Shown here: positions 1 through 7,711 of the stretch, piece after piece | How the letters are laid out: each line of letters opens with the position of its first letter | Position numbering within the stretch: the stretch's first letter is position 1 | From: Candidatus Shapirobacteria bacterium | GTDB lineage: Bacteria > Patescibacteriota > Microgenomatia > UBA12405 | Direction of reading: 5' to 3' | DNA: 64,000 bases | Assembly: GCA_041661765.1 (NCBI GenBank) | Contig: JBAZTV010000002.1 | Coordinates: 8,083 to 72,082, forward strand | Notes under the pieces: model-generated | Databases searched by the model: none | The model's input: only the letters and a program-made list of their open reading frames with translations | What the model was told of the DNA's origin: nothing | Translations under genes and position numbers: made by a program

Positions 1-251
1 ATACTAAAACCAGGGACTATCTTAGTCATCAACATTAGAAGTAATGCATTAATAACAAAAGTAAATAAACCTAAAGTCAAAAAATTAATTGGTAGTGTCA
101 ATAATATTAGTATTGGTCTAATTATCAAAGTCAATATTCCCCACACTATAGAAACAACAATTAACGTCGCCAAACCGCTAACGACAAACCCAGGTATTAA
201 ATAAGCAGTAACATAAAAAGCAACCGTACTGATTAATAATTGTATGATCAT
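1..251 (-). CDS. DUF360 / phage-holin-family-4 (YvlD-like) small membrane protein, 3' end truncated by window start
   Basis: Minus-strand ATG at 251..249. My own translation gives MIIQLLISTVAFYVTAYLIPGFVVSGLATLIVVSIVWGILTLIIRPILILLTLPINFLTLGLFTFVINALLLMLMTKIVPGF. The LTLP-x-x-LTLGLF-x-x-VINA pattern and four hydrophobic segments match that family. It is absent from the ORF track because it runs off the window edge. Confidence 0.5.
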   Translation of the reverse strand, partial: MIIQLLISTVAFYVTAYLIPGFVVSGLATLIVVSIVWGILTLIIRPILILLTLPINFLTLGLFTFVINALLLMLMTKIVPGFS

Positions 252-299
252 TATTTAATAATAAACCATTGCTATAAATATTACAAATTATTAGTTTTT

Positions 300-496
300 A
301 AAAAAAAATGGTAAAATACCACCTATTATAGGCATAGTATCTTTGTTTAGCTAAAATATTTGTTGTCTTATAATTAGAACATTAAAATAATTAGAATTTC
401 TTTTATATGGATAACTCTGTGGATATAGACATATCTAGAGAGTTATCCATAGGATAGCCACACAAAAATGTGAAAATGAAAGGGGAGATTTTAGAA
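300..496 (+). promoter_or_regulatory. Conserved structured 5' leader, copy 1. Extended -10 TGGTAAAAT at about 309-317. 13-bp-stem hairpin at 406-451. Conserved RBS-proximal block AAATGTGAAAATGAAAGG.
   Basis: About 80% identical over ~170 nt to the reverse complement of 21228-21400, upstream of a paralogous gene. Stem tatggataactct / agagttatccata encloses a 20-nt loop that carries an inner gatat/atatc stem. Confidence 0.55.
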
Positions 497-784
497 ATGT
501 TGGATTATGATAATGTTACCAGTGGACAAGGAGCTCGAATCATATTTATTTTCGAAGATGATGAATTTAAAAATGAATTATCAAAAAATGCTCCTAGTCA
601 GAAAGCATTTCAAGACACTACCCGTAAGAGAATTAGTCAAACGATGGTAGATACTAATAAAGGTATTGTTTATGTACTGATAAATAGTCAAGGAATAACT
701 AAAGCAATTAGTGAATCAGAATATCTTCAATGGCAAAACGCTGCCAAAAAAGAATGGTTTCACCAATATGTTTATGCTTTCTAA
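497..784 (+). CDS. Hypothetical small protein, paralog of the N-terminal domain of CDS 20637-21227
   Basis: The track ORF 470-784 begins at GTG. ATG 497 (MLDYDNVTSGQGARIIFIFE...) aligns residue-for-residue with the paralog start MVVFEKLTSCKGAKIEIHFE. Shared motifs include VDTxKGxVxxVLINxQGI and EYxxWQ...WFH. No family recognised. Confidence 0.6.
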   Translation: MLDYDNVTSGQGARIIFIFEDDEFKNELSKNAPSQKAFQDTTRKRISQTMVDTNKGIVYVLINSQGITKAISESEYLQWQNAAKKEWFHQYVYAF

Positions 785-977
785 ATTAACACCAGACAAT
801 AACGATTATTAAAAGTATTCAACATTATGACCAAGTTTTGGTCAAATAAAGGCTTCGGTAAATTATAAATTAGGGTAAAACCTGATTTTTATAGTTTGCA
901 CGGAGCCTTATTTTTTATCAATTTATTATAAATTAAATTAATTATAAAAATTACCTAAAATAATAGATAAATCATTT

Positions 978-1955
978 CTAAAAATCTAATTGTCTAACAC
1001 CTAGATTTTTATATTTGCCAACAAACTCTTCAAAAAAAAATTTTAGACTAGGCACCAATTCTGAAACCCGAGTTAATTTTCCATCGTTTTCTACCAACGG
1101 ATCAACAAACCTTGGTTTATTGGGTCCAAAAAATTCAGCGTTGCATTCATCTTCATAAACAAATTCTTTTCCTGGACTTAGCCTGTCTAATAATTGTTTA
1201 ATTTTAATATTTTTACTTGATTTAAGTTTTACCAACAAAAATTCATCGTCTGTAAAAAAATCTTCTTCAGTAATTAATTTATCATCAAGAGCAAGTTTGA
1301 TCGCTTCGGCAATTAAAAAAAATGAACCATGTGATGTCGGATCTAACCAAATTAAACGAGAAAAATTAACAAATAAAATTGCAAAAGTCGAAGCCAATTT
1401 TAGATCTTTAAAGTAAAAAACATTTTCCTTTTCAAATATTTCAGATAAAAAAATATCAATAATTGATTTAGGTAAAAAACCTATTGTGTAACCATCCCTC
1501 ATAAAATAATCCCATCTATCCACCGAAATATCAGGTAATGAATTTTCAAGTAAAGGAAATTTATTTTTATCCAATATTTTTTTTAAATCAAAACCATTAT
1601 TTTTAACTATTTGGGGAATATTTGATTTATTAATCATCTCTTTTAGTTTTTCATCCGCAAATTCTTGTTTTTCATTTTTAACTACAAAATCAATCACATG
1701 TGAAAAGGCAGTATGGGACAAATCGTGTAGTAGGCAAGCAATTTGTTCTTCCATTGATCTCTTATAAAGAGATGATAAATACCAAACACCGATTGAATGT
1801 TCATATCTAGTTACTCTCCTTATTGGTTGGATAAAATGCGGTGCACCATCCTGACTTATTTTTTTCAGTCGTTGAAATATTGGCGTATTAATTAAATCAA
1901 TTATTACCTGATCCTTTATTTTGATATTTCCATAAATATTGTCATTTATCACCAT
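978..1955 (-). CDS. HD-domain phosphohydrolase, COG1078-like (dNTP triphosphohydrolase / SAMHD1-like family)
   Basis: N-terminal D-x-IYG-x-I...LIxTPIFQRLKKI motif and the HD-domain signature around ...TRYEHSIGVWYLS...LLHDLSHTAFSH. Confidence 0.7.
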   Translation of the reverse strand: MVINDNIYGNIKIKDQVIIDLINTPIFQRLKKISQDGAPHFIQPIRRVTRYEHSIGVWYLSSLYKRSMEEQIACLLHDLSHTAFSHVIDFVVKNEKQEFADEKLKEMINKSNIPQIVKNNGFDLKKILDKNKFPLLENSLPDISVDRWDYFMRDGYTIGFLPKSIIDIFLSEIFEKENVFYFKDLKLASTFAILFVNFSRLIWLDPTSHGSFFLIAEAIKLALDDKLITEEDFFTDDEFLLVKLKSSKNIKIKQLLDRLSPGKEFVYEDECNAEFFGPNKPRFVDPLVENDGKLTRVSELVPSLKFFFEEFVGKYKNLGVRQLDF

Positions 1956-1959
1956 ATTT

Positions 1960-2565
1960 TTATATTACAGACTCTACTACTTCAATTTTTTCATTCCTAA
2001 CAAGTAATTTAATATAAGAAGTATTTTTAACAACATTAGGTGGTAGTGAATCATACGTACCCCAGCCTAAATATAAAAGCAAAGATCTCATTGAACCACC
2101 ATGAGTAACAGCTAATATTGTTTTATTTTTTTTCTTTGAATGTGAATCTTTTATAAAACTGACCATTCGAATCGCAACCTCACTATCACTCTCCACATCA
2201 GGAAATGCTTTAAAAGATAGTCTTTTATCCTTATCAACCGTATCAAGCAAATCATCCAACACTTTTAATTCAGTGAAAATTTTCCTCTCAAACCGACCAT
2301 AACATTTTTCTCTTAAATTTTTATCAATTTTTGTTGGTTCTAATTGGTTTCTTTTAATAATTTCTGCTGTATGGACTGCTCTATTTAAATCTGATGAATA
2401 ATATTCATCAATTGCAATGTTTTTAAATAAATTACCCAAATCTTCAGCCTGTTTTTTTCCTTTATTGGTTAATTCTGAATCACTATGACCTTGGATAATT
2501 CCTTGAGTATTAAATAAAGTTTCTCCATGTCGAACCAAATACAATATTGTTTGGCTTTTTTTCAT
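1960..2565 (-). CDS. Histidine phosphatase family protein (phosphoglycerate-mutase-like)
   Basis: LVRHGETLFN RHG catalytic motif and a C-terminal ...AVTHGG histidine. Confidence 0.75.
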   Translation of the reverse strand: MKKSQTILYLVRHGETLFNTQGIIQGHSDSELTNKGKKQAEDLGNLFKNIAIDEYYSSDLNRAVHTAEIIKRNQLEPTKIDKNLREKCYGRFERKIFTELKVLDDLLDTVDKDKRLSFKAFPDVESDSEVAIRMVSFIKDSHSKKKNKTILAVTHGGSMRSLLLYLGWGTYDSLPPNVVKNTSYIKLLVRNEKIEVVESVI

Positions 2566-2567
2566 AA

Positions 2568-3170
2568 TTAAATTTGTTTAATTAATTCAATAATCTCAGG
2601 AAAAGTTTCTTGACTAAAATGATCTCTGTCTTCAAAAATAATTACTTTTGCATTTGGTAATGCTTTTTTATATTTTTCAACCTCTTTAAAAAGAACTACA
2701 ATATCATCCTTACTTTGGATTAAAAATATATTTTTAGACTGTTCTAAAAATTTTTCAAGTGAATTAGGTAATTTAAAATCAATCAGAGATTCTTCATTAT
2801 TTGAATCATCAAAAGGTGCGGCTATTAAAATAGTTGCTTTAATTTTTTTATTAATTTTATTTTCAGATAAATACTTTGCCAAAAAAATCCCTCCTAACGA
2901 ACTACCTAAAAGAATTAGATCATCATCTAAAATATCAACAATTTTTTCAAACCATATTTTCCACTCAAGATAACGCGCATTTCTTTTATTTGGCATTTCT
3001 GGAAGAAACACTTCAAAATCTTCACCTAAATCAGCCTCCATTCTATTCTTCCAACCTTTTTTCGTTTTTAAATTATCTAGACGAATTTCTCTATTCTTAA
3101 GATAAGAAATATAATCATCATAATTATTAAAAGTTTCTCCACCTCGAATAACAAGAACTTGTTGTTTCAT
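2568..3170 (-). CDS. Alpha/beta-hydrolase-fold serine esterase (RBBP9/YdeN-like)
   Basis: G-S-S-L-G-G nucleophile elbow (LLGSSLGGIFLAKY) with downstream D and H. The first 40 codons of track ORF 2568-3290 overlap the tRNA at 3197-3267, so the start is moved to Met41 (ATG 3170..3168). Confidence 0.5.
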   Translation of the reverse strand: MKQQVLVIRGGETFNNYDDYISYLKNREIRLDNLKTKKGWKNRMEADLGEDFEVFLPEMPNKRNARYLEWKIWFEKIVDILDDDLILLGSSLGGIFLAKYLSENKINKKIKATILIAAPFDDSNNEESLIDFKLPNSLEKFLEQSKNIFLIQSKDDIVVLFKEVEKYKKALPNAKVIIFEDRDHFSQETFPEIIELIKQI

Positions 3171-3196
3171 TTTTTTCAGTATATCAAAATCCAAAG

Positions 3197-3267
3197 TTGC
3201 TTCGTATGGATTCGAACCACAATTGATCGGTTCAGAGCCGATTGTCCTACCATTAGACGACGAAGCA
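3197..3267 (-). tRNA. tRNA-Gln (anticodon CUG), CCA not encoded
   Basis: Minus-strand sequence tgcttcg-tc-gtct-aatggta-ggac-a-atcgg-ctCTGaa-ccgat-caat-tgtgg-ttcgaat-ccata-cgaagca-a. Acceptor stem has the U1-A72 pair typical of tRNA-Gln. T-loop is TTCGAAT and the anticodon loop is 7 nt. Confidence 0.65.
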
Positions 3268-3271
3268 TTGT

Positions 3272-3338
3272 CGATTGTCCTATTTACCACGCCGAAGCTT
3301 TAGCGAAGGCTGGCCATTAGCAAACGACGAAGCATTAA
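3272..3338 (-). repeat. Degenerate tandem copy of the tRNA-Gln 5' segment (acceptor 5' strand, D-arm and anticodon-stem start) with about 30-nt and 4-nt insertions
   Basis: Plus strand cgattgtccta...ccattag...cgacgaagca recapitulates tRNA positions 3239-3267. A cgaagc motif recurs four times locally. Confidence 0.4.
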
Positions 3339-3409
3339 AACGCCTTTATTATATCAATTTTACTATTAATAATATTGACTTCGTATTATATTTGGGTTTA
3401 TTATTAATC

Positions 3410-4258
3410 ATGAAAATTGCTTTAATTAAAACACTTTTAAATAATTTTGAATTATATGCTCAAAAAACAGAGGATGGTGTTGAGTTTTGGTTAGCCAGGG
3501 ATTTACAACATTTATTAGGCTATAGTAAATGGGACAACTTTCTTAATGTAATTTCAAAAGCAAAAACTGCCTGTGAAATATCAGAGCATAAAATTAGTGA
3601 CCATTTTGCTGACGTCGGGAAAATGGTTTCTCTTGGATCTAATGCGGAAACTGAAATACCGGATATTATGCTTACTCGTTATGCTTGTTATTTAATTACT
3701 CAAAACGGTGATCCTCGAAAAGAAGAGATTGCTTTTGCTCAAACTTATTTTGCGATTCAAACAAGAAAATTAGAAATAATTGAACGAAGATTATTAGAAT
3801 CTGAAAGATTATCTTCTAGAAGAAAATTAGCTCAAACTGAAAAAGAGTTGTCTGGTGTAATTTTTGAACAAACTGGAAGTGATCGAAATTTTGGAATCAT
3901 TAGAAATAAAGGGGATTTGGCTCTATTTGGGTATCCTACAAAAGAGATGAAGAAAAAATGGAAAATACCAAATAATAGGGCATTATCTGATTTTGCGCCA
4001 ACAATAATTTTAAAAGCAAAAGATTTTGCTACAGAAATAACAATTTTTAATGCCAAAGAAAAAAAGATGAAAAATGAACAACAAATATCAAATGAACATA
4101 TTACTAACAACAAAAGTGTTCGTAAAACATTACTAGAAAGAGGAATTAGGCCAGAAATTTTATCCCCAGAAGAAGATATTCAAAAAGTCGAAAGAAAATT
4201 AAAATCACAAACTAAAAAAGAGCTTAAAAATCCCCTTGCTTTAAATAAAAACAATTAA
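3410..4258 (+). CDS. dinD: DNA-damage-inducible protein D (DinD)-like protein
   Basis: EFWLARDLQHLLGYSKWDNF...ISDHFADVGKMVSLGS...MLTRYACYLITQNGDPRK...AFAQTYFAIQTRK is collinear with E. coli DinD as I recall it (EFWSARELAPLLDYRDWRNF...SDHFVETTKMVVLGS...LSRYACYLVVQNGDPAK...AAAQTYFAIQTRR). Start moved to ATG 3410 because the upstream part of track ORF 3275-4258 overlaps the tRNA fragment. Confidence 0.7.
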   Translation: MKIALIKTLLNNFELYAQKTEDGVEFWLARDLQHLLGYSKWDNFLNVISKAKTACEISEHKISDHFADVGKMVSLGSNAETEIPDIMLTRYACYLITQNGDPRKEEIAFAQTYFAIQTRKLEIIERRLLESERLSSRRKLAQTEKELSGVIFEQTGSDRNFGIIRNKGDLALFGYPTKEMKKKWKIPNNRALSDFAPTIILKAKDFATEITIFNAKEKKMKNEQQISNEHITNNKSVRKTLLERGIRPEILSPEEDIQKVERKLKSQTKKELKNPLALNKNN

Positions 4259-4275
4259 ATGATATAAATATCCAA

Positions 4276-4443
4276 ATGCAAACAATCGAAGAATTAACTC
4301 AAGATTTAAAACTAAATCCAGAGCAGTCAGAAACTGTTAAGGATTATATTAATGGTCTTCTAATTGAACTCTTGGAAAGCATAAAACAAGATCACATCAA
4401 AAACTTTGAAGAAACCATCGAGAACCTCAGGCATAACGCTTAG
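4276..4443 (+). CDS. Possible small ORF (55 aa, MQTIEELTQDLKLNPEQSETVKDYINGLLIELLESIKQDHIKNFEETIENLRHNA)
   Basis: ATG-initiated ORF below the track's 60-aa cutoff. It fills an otherwise empty 168-nt gap after the DinD-like gene and overlaps the 3' end of the convergent MBL gene by 17 nt. No homology recognised. Confidence 0.25.
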   Translation: MQTIEELTQDLKLNPEQSETVKDYINGLLIELLESIKQDHIKNFEETIENLRHNA

Positions 4444-5053
4444 ATTCTTTTCCAATCGTCGTTTCTTCTCCATGTCCAGGCAGCACTAAAGTTTCCTTGT
4501 CTAATTTCATTAACTTTTTTAAACTCTCAAATATTTTTGGTGTCGAGCCATAATTAAAATCAGTTCTTCCCCTAAGTCCGGCAAATAATGTATCTCCAGA
4601 GAATAATATTATTCCCTTTTTATAATAAAAACAAACACTTCCCGGCGTGTGTCCCGGTGTTTTTATAATTTCTAAAGCTTCACCACCCAATTTAAAACTT
4701 TTTATTTTATCCAAATCAATATCTATTTTGACAAAATTTGGTGGTGGATTTTTTTCTTTAAAAAAGTATTTGGCAGTTTCATCTTGTCTATCTAAAATAA
4801 ACTTATCTTCACTACTACAGCCAAAATCAACATTGTAAATTAATTTCAAATCCAATGCTCCCAAACAATGATCTAAATGTCCATGAGTCAAAAATATTGC
4901 TTTAACTTTTAATTTTCGGCTATTTATTTCTTCACTAATACTCACCCCATCATCAGCTGGATCAATAACCAAACATTCTTTTGTTTCTTCATTCCACACC
5001 AAATAGCAGTTAGTAGATAGCTGTCCAATCACTAATTTTTCATACTTAAGCAT
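4427..5053 (-). CDS. MBL-fold metallo-hydrolase (glyoxalase-II-like)
   Basis: LTHGHLDHCLGA (HxHxDH) motif and downstream ...PGHTPGS... and ...LPGHG... histidines. Confidence 0.75.
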   Translation of the reverse strand: MLKYEKLVIGQLSTNCYLVWNEETKECLVIDPADDGVSISEEINSRKLKVKAIFLTHGHLDHCLGALDLKLIYNVDFGCSSEDKFILDRQDETAKYFFKEKNPPPNFVKIDIDLDKIKSFKLGGEALEIIKTPGHTPGSVCFYYKKGIILFSGDTLFAGLRGRTDFNYGSTPKIFESLKKLMKLDKETLVLPGHGEETTIGKESKRYA

Positions 5054-5085
5054 TATTTATTTTAACAGGTATAATATAAGTATCT

Positions 5086-5820
5086 ATGTCATCAACTAAA
5101 CCTGTCTCAAAACGCCTATTCATAGGCAGTTTACCTTATCGGTTCACCGAAGGGGAGCTACTTTCTATTTTTATCACCGAAGGTAAAATTGTCTCCATTC
5201 GCATTGTTAATAATCGCTGGGGCAGAAGCCGTGGTATGGCTTATGTTGAATATGAAAACCTCGAAGATGCCATTCGAGCCAAAGAAAAATATCATAATTA
5301 TTTCATTAGTGATCGCACTATTATTGTTGATTATGCAGAGCCCGATCCTTATTTAACCGAAGAAGGCAAAGCTCGTCACGAAGAATCAGTAGAAAAACAT
5401 CCAAATCGTCGTCAAGCTCAAGTTTTTTTACCTCATCCCGACAGTGATGTTTCCGATTATCAACAACAAAAAAAATCTCTTGATAATCGTCAATATCCAC
5501 CTCGCCAAGCATCTTCGGCTCGTCTATCAGTTCCAAAAGAAGAAAGAAAACCCCGCAAATACAAAGGCGGTAAACCTGTTTTTAATTCTCTAGGTAGATC
5601 GTTAAACCGAAATACTACTGGCGAATATGTCCCCAAATTTTTTCCTACCACTGCCGCCGCTTCTCCAAATAAAAAGAAATTTCGCCCAAAGATGGGTCAA
5701 AAACCAGAATATAAATCCAGTTCTGATCTTCATGTCCGAACAACTGTTTTTAAACAACGATCTTTTGGTTCCAAAGTTGGCGCTAAATTCGCCTTCAAAA
5801 CCAAAAAAAAACAAAGATAA
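5086..5820 (+). CDS. RRM-type RNA-binding protein with a basic low-complexity C-terminal tail
   Basis: RNP-2 LFIGSL and RNP-1 RGMAYVEY. The C-terminus is K/R/P/S-rich. Confidence 0.75.
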   Translation: MSSTKPVSKRLFIGSLPYRFTEGELLSIFITEGKIVSIRIVNNRWGRSRGMAYVEYENLEDAIRAKEKYHNYFISDRTIIVDYAEPDPYLTEEGKARHEESVEKHPNRRQAQVFLPHPDSDVSDYQQQKKSLDNRQYPPRQASSARLSVPKEERKPRKYKGGKPVFNSLGRSLNRNTTGEYVPKFFPTTAAASPNKKKFRPKMGQKPEYKSSSDLHVRTTVFKQRSFGSKVGAKFAFKTKKKQR

Positions 5821-5826
5821 ATTAAA

Positions 5827-5875
5827 GCCTCCCTGTCAAGGGAGGTGGTCTGAAATTTAAGACCGGAGGGTTTTA
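5827..5875 (+). repeat. GC-rich double-hairpin intergenic element, family copy a
   Basis: gcCTCCCtgtcaaGGGAGG, then ggtctgaaatttaagacc, then gGAGGGTTTTaaa. Confidence 0.6.
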
Positions 5876-5897
5876 AATACTTAATAAACTTTACAAC

Positions 5898-6956
5898 TTG
5901 ACAAACTTTCTAAATAAAAAAAATATAATTGCCCTCGCCCCCATGGACGGCATCACCGACGAAGCCTATCGTCTTCTTCAATCTGAAATTGCCAAGCCTG
6001 ATTTACTTTTTACTGAATTTGTCAGTGCTGAAGGCATCAGTCATGGTGGAGTTAAATTATACGACACTCTTTTATTTTCGGCCAAAGAACGCCCAATTAT
6101 AGGCCAATTATTTGGCAAAAATCCGGAAAGTTTTTATAAATCCGCCATTATTTTATCCGAACTGGGTTTTGATGGCATCGACATCAACATGGGTTGCCCC
6201 GCCAAAACTGTCACTCAAAATGGTAGTGGCGCTGCTCTTATTGCTAAACCAGATTTAGCTGTCGAAATAATCCAGGCCACTAAAAAGGGGATTGATGACT
6301 GGTTTTCCGGCAAAATCAAAGTCACTGGTCTCGGCCTTAATCAAAAAAGTCTGGCAGTTATCGAAAGAAACAAAAAATATTCTGGCATTGTAGAGACGCA
6401 TTGCAATGCGTCTCTACATAAACTCCAAAAACCAACCATCTCTGTTAAAACTCGCCTTGGAATTTCTGAATCAATTATTGAAATCTGGGCATCAATTTTA
6501 TTAAACCAAGACTTAGATTTTTTAACCATTCACGCTCGCACCCTCAAACAAGGTTATGCTGGATCTGCCGATTGGTCTGAAATTAAAAAAGTGTCGAAAT
6601 TAGCCAAAAATACTAAAACCAAAATTTTTGGCAACGGTGACGTTCAATCAAAATCTCAAGGTATAGAATTTTGCCAAAAGTACGGCGTTAATGGTGTTTT
6701 AATTGGCCGAGCTGCTTGTGGCAATCCTTGGTGTTTTAACGATTATACCGCCACTCCAAAAGAGCGATTTTCTGCCATGCTTCTTCATGCCCAATTTTTT
6801 ACCGAAATTTTCCCCAATCGTCGTTTCGACAGTCTTCGCAAAAACTTTTTATTTTATGCCTCTGGTTTGATCAATGCAAAACAATTAAGGTCAAAATTAG
6901 TCCGATTAAATTCAATTGAAGATCTTTTACAACTTGAAGCCGACTTTCAATCCTGA
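5898..6956 (+). CDS. dus: tRNA-dihydrouridine synthase (Dus family)
   Basis: IALAPMDGITDEAYR N-terminal motif. TIM-barrel FMN pattern ...GFDGIDINMGCPA... and ...HARTLKQGYAG... Confidence 0.8.
   Translation: MTNFLNKKNIIALAPMDGITDEAYRLLQSEIAKPDLLFTEFVSAEGISHGGVKLYDTLLFSAKERPIIGQLFGKNPESFYKSAIILSELGFDGIDINMGCPAKTVTQNGSGAALIAKPDLAVEIIQATKKGIDDWFSGKIKVTGLGLNQKSLAVIERNKKYSGIVETHCNASLHKLQKPTISVKTRLGISESIIEIWASILLNQDLDFLTIHARTLKQGYAGSADWSEIKKVSKLAKNTKTKIFGNGDVQSKSQGIEFCQKYGVNGVLIGRAACGNPWCFNDYTATPKERFSAMLLHAQFFTEIFPNRRFDSLRKNFLFYASGLINAKQLRSKLVRLNSIEDLLQLEADFQS
6389..6418. repeat. Perfect 30-bp palindrome tgtagagacgcattgcaatgcgtctctaca embedded in frame in dus, encoding (I)VETHCNASL(H)
   Basis: The sequence equals its own reverse complement. 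It shares the core tgtagagacg / cgtctctaca with the intergenic palindrome at 29526-29564. Confidence 0.7.
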
Positions 6957-6970
6957 TAAAGTTAAACGGT

Positions 6971-7381
6971 ATGCCAAACGAAAATCAAAATCCAAACCAA
7001 GTTGCAAATCTGTTAAATATTGAATCGCTCATCAATTCTTCGACTGCCAGATTTGATGTTCTTCAAAAAGAATATCAGGAGCAAAAATCACAACTCGATT
7101 CTATTCTAGACAGTGATATTGAATACCAAGAAATCGCTCAAGAAGCTCAAAAACAAGCCAAACTAAAAACCATCGCCAAACAAAAGGTAATGGTTCGTCC
7201 CGAAGCTGCTCAACTAGTTGAAAAAATGAAAGATGCTCACATTCAAATCAAAGAATTAAAAACTGCCATGTCAGATTATTTAGCCCAATTTGTTATTTTG
7301 TCTGGTACTAATCAAATCGAAGGTCCAGATGGTGTTCTTCGCCAGATAATTTACACTGCTAAACTAGTTAAAACAAAATAA
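6971..7381 (+). CDS. Hypothetical coiled-coil protein
   Basis: ORF with N/Q-rich N-terminus. No recognised motif. Confidence 0.4.
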   Translation: MPNENQNPNQVANLLNIESLINSSTARFDVLQKEYQEQKSQLDSILDSDIEYQEIAQEAQKQAKLKTIAKQKVMVRPEAAQLVEKMKDAHIQIKELKTAMSDYLAQFVILSGTNQIEGPDGVLRQIIYTAKLVKTK

Positions 7382-7396
7382 GTTATAATTACAATT

Positions 7397-7708
7397 ATGA
7401 TCAATCTAAATAAAGAAAACTTTAAAACCGAAGTTTTAGATTTTGACGGTAAAGTCTTAGTCGATTTTTGGGCTCCCTGGTGTGGCCCCTGTCAAATGCT
7501 TACTCCTGTCATGGAAGAAATTAGTAATGAAATGTCAGGAAAAGTCAAAGTCGCTAAAGTAAATGTTGATGAAAATCCAGAGTTATCAACCGAACACAAT
7601 GTTTCTTCAATTCCTTTAGTCGTTTTGTTTAATAAAGGTCAAATTATAGATACATTTATTGGCTTCAAGCAAAAAGAAAATTACATTAATGCCATAAATA
7701 AGGCATAA
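7397..7708 (+). CDS. trxA: Thioredoxin
   Basis: WAPWCGPCQ active site. About 100 aa. Confidence 0.85.
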   Translation: MINLNKENFKTEVLDFDGKVLVDFWAPWCGPCQMLTPVMEEISNEMSGKVKVAKVNVDENPELSTEHNVSSIPLVVLFNKGQIIDTFIGFKQKENYINAINKA

Positions 7709-7711
7709 TAA

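Noticed and set aside
785-977. Possible long hairpin terminator downstream of gene A (aaggcttcgg ... acggagcctt followed by ATTTTTT)
   Set aside because: The stem has mismatches and a ~50-nt loop, so support is too weak to call a feature. The region also serves as the 3' flank of convergent gene 978-1955.
2876-3100. Short antisense or overlapping ORFs from the track (for example 2876-3100+, 3832-4113-, 4647-4838+, 5321-5536-, 5602-5860 both strands, 6341-6529-, 8122-8307-, 10245-10533+, 11868-12065+, 13979-14218+, 15554-15751+, 18616-18810-, 20125-20408+, 20692-20961+, 24510-24707+, 26090-26395+, 27154-27339+, 29150-29335-, 30324-30620+, 35929-36141+, 36261-36467+, 37014-37217+, 38435-38644+, 38924-39160-, 42012-42212-, 43421-43690-, 44446-44652+, 45555-45794-, 46109-46318-, 48443-48756+, 50211-50426+, 54774-55251 both strands, 58923-59117-, 60512-60818-, 61044-61232-)
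   Set aside because: Each lies wholly inside and antisense to, or out of frame with, a longer ORF that has clear family motifs. Their compositions (F/L/I/K-rich, low complexity) are typical of AT-rich out-of-frame translation.
3171-3409. N-terminal extensions of track ORFs 2568-3290 (-) and 3275-4258 (+)
   Set aside because: Both extensions run through the tRNA-Gln gene and its duplicated fragment. Internal ATGs at 3170 and 3410 give proteins that begin where family homology begins.
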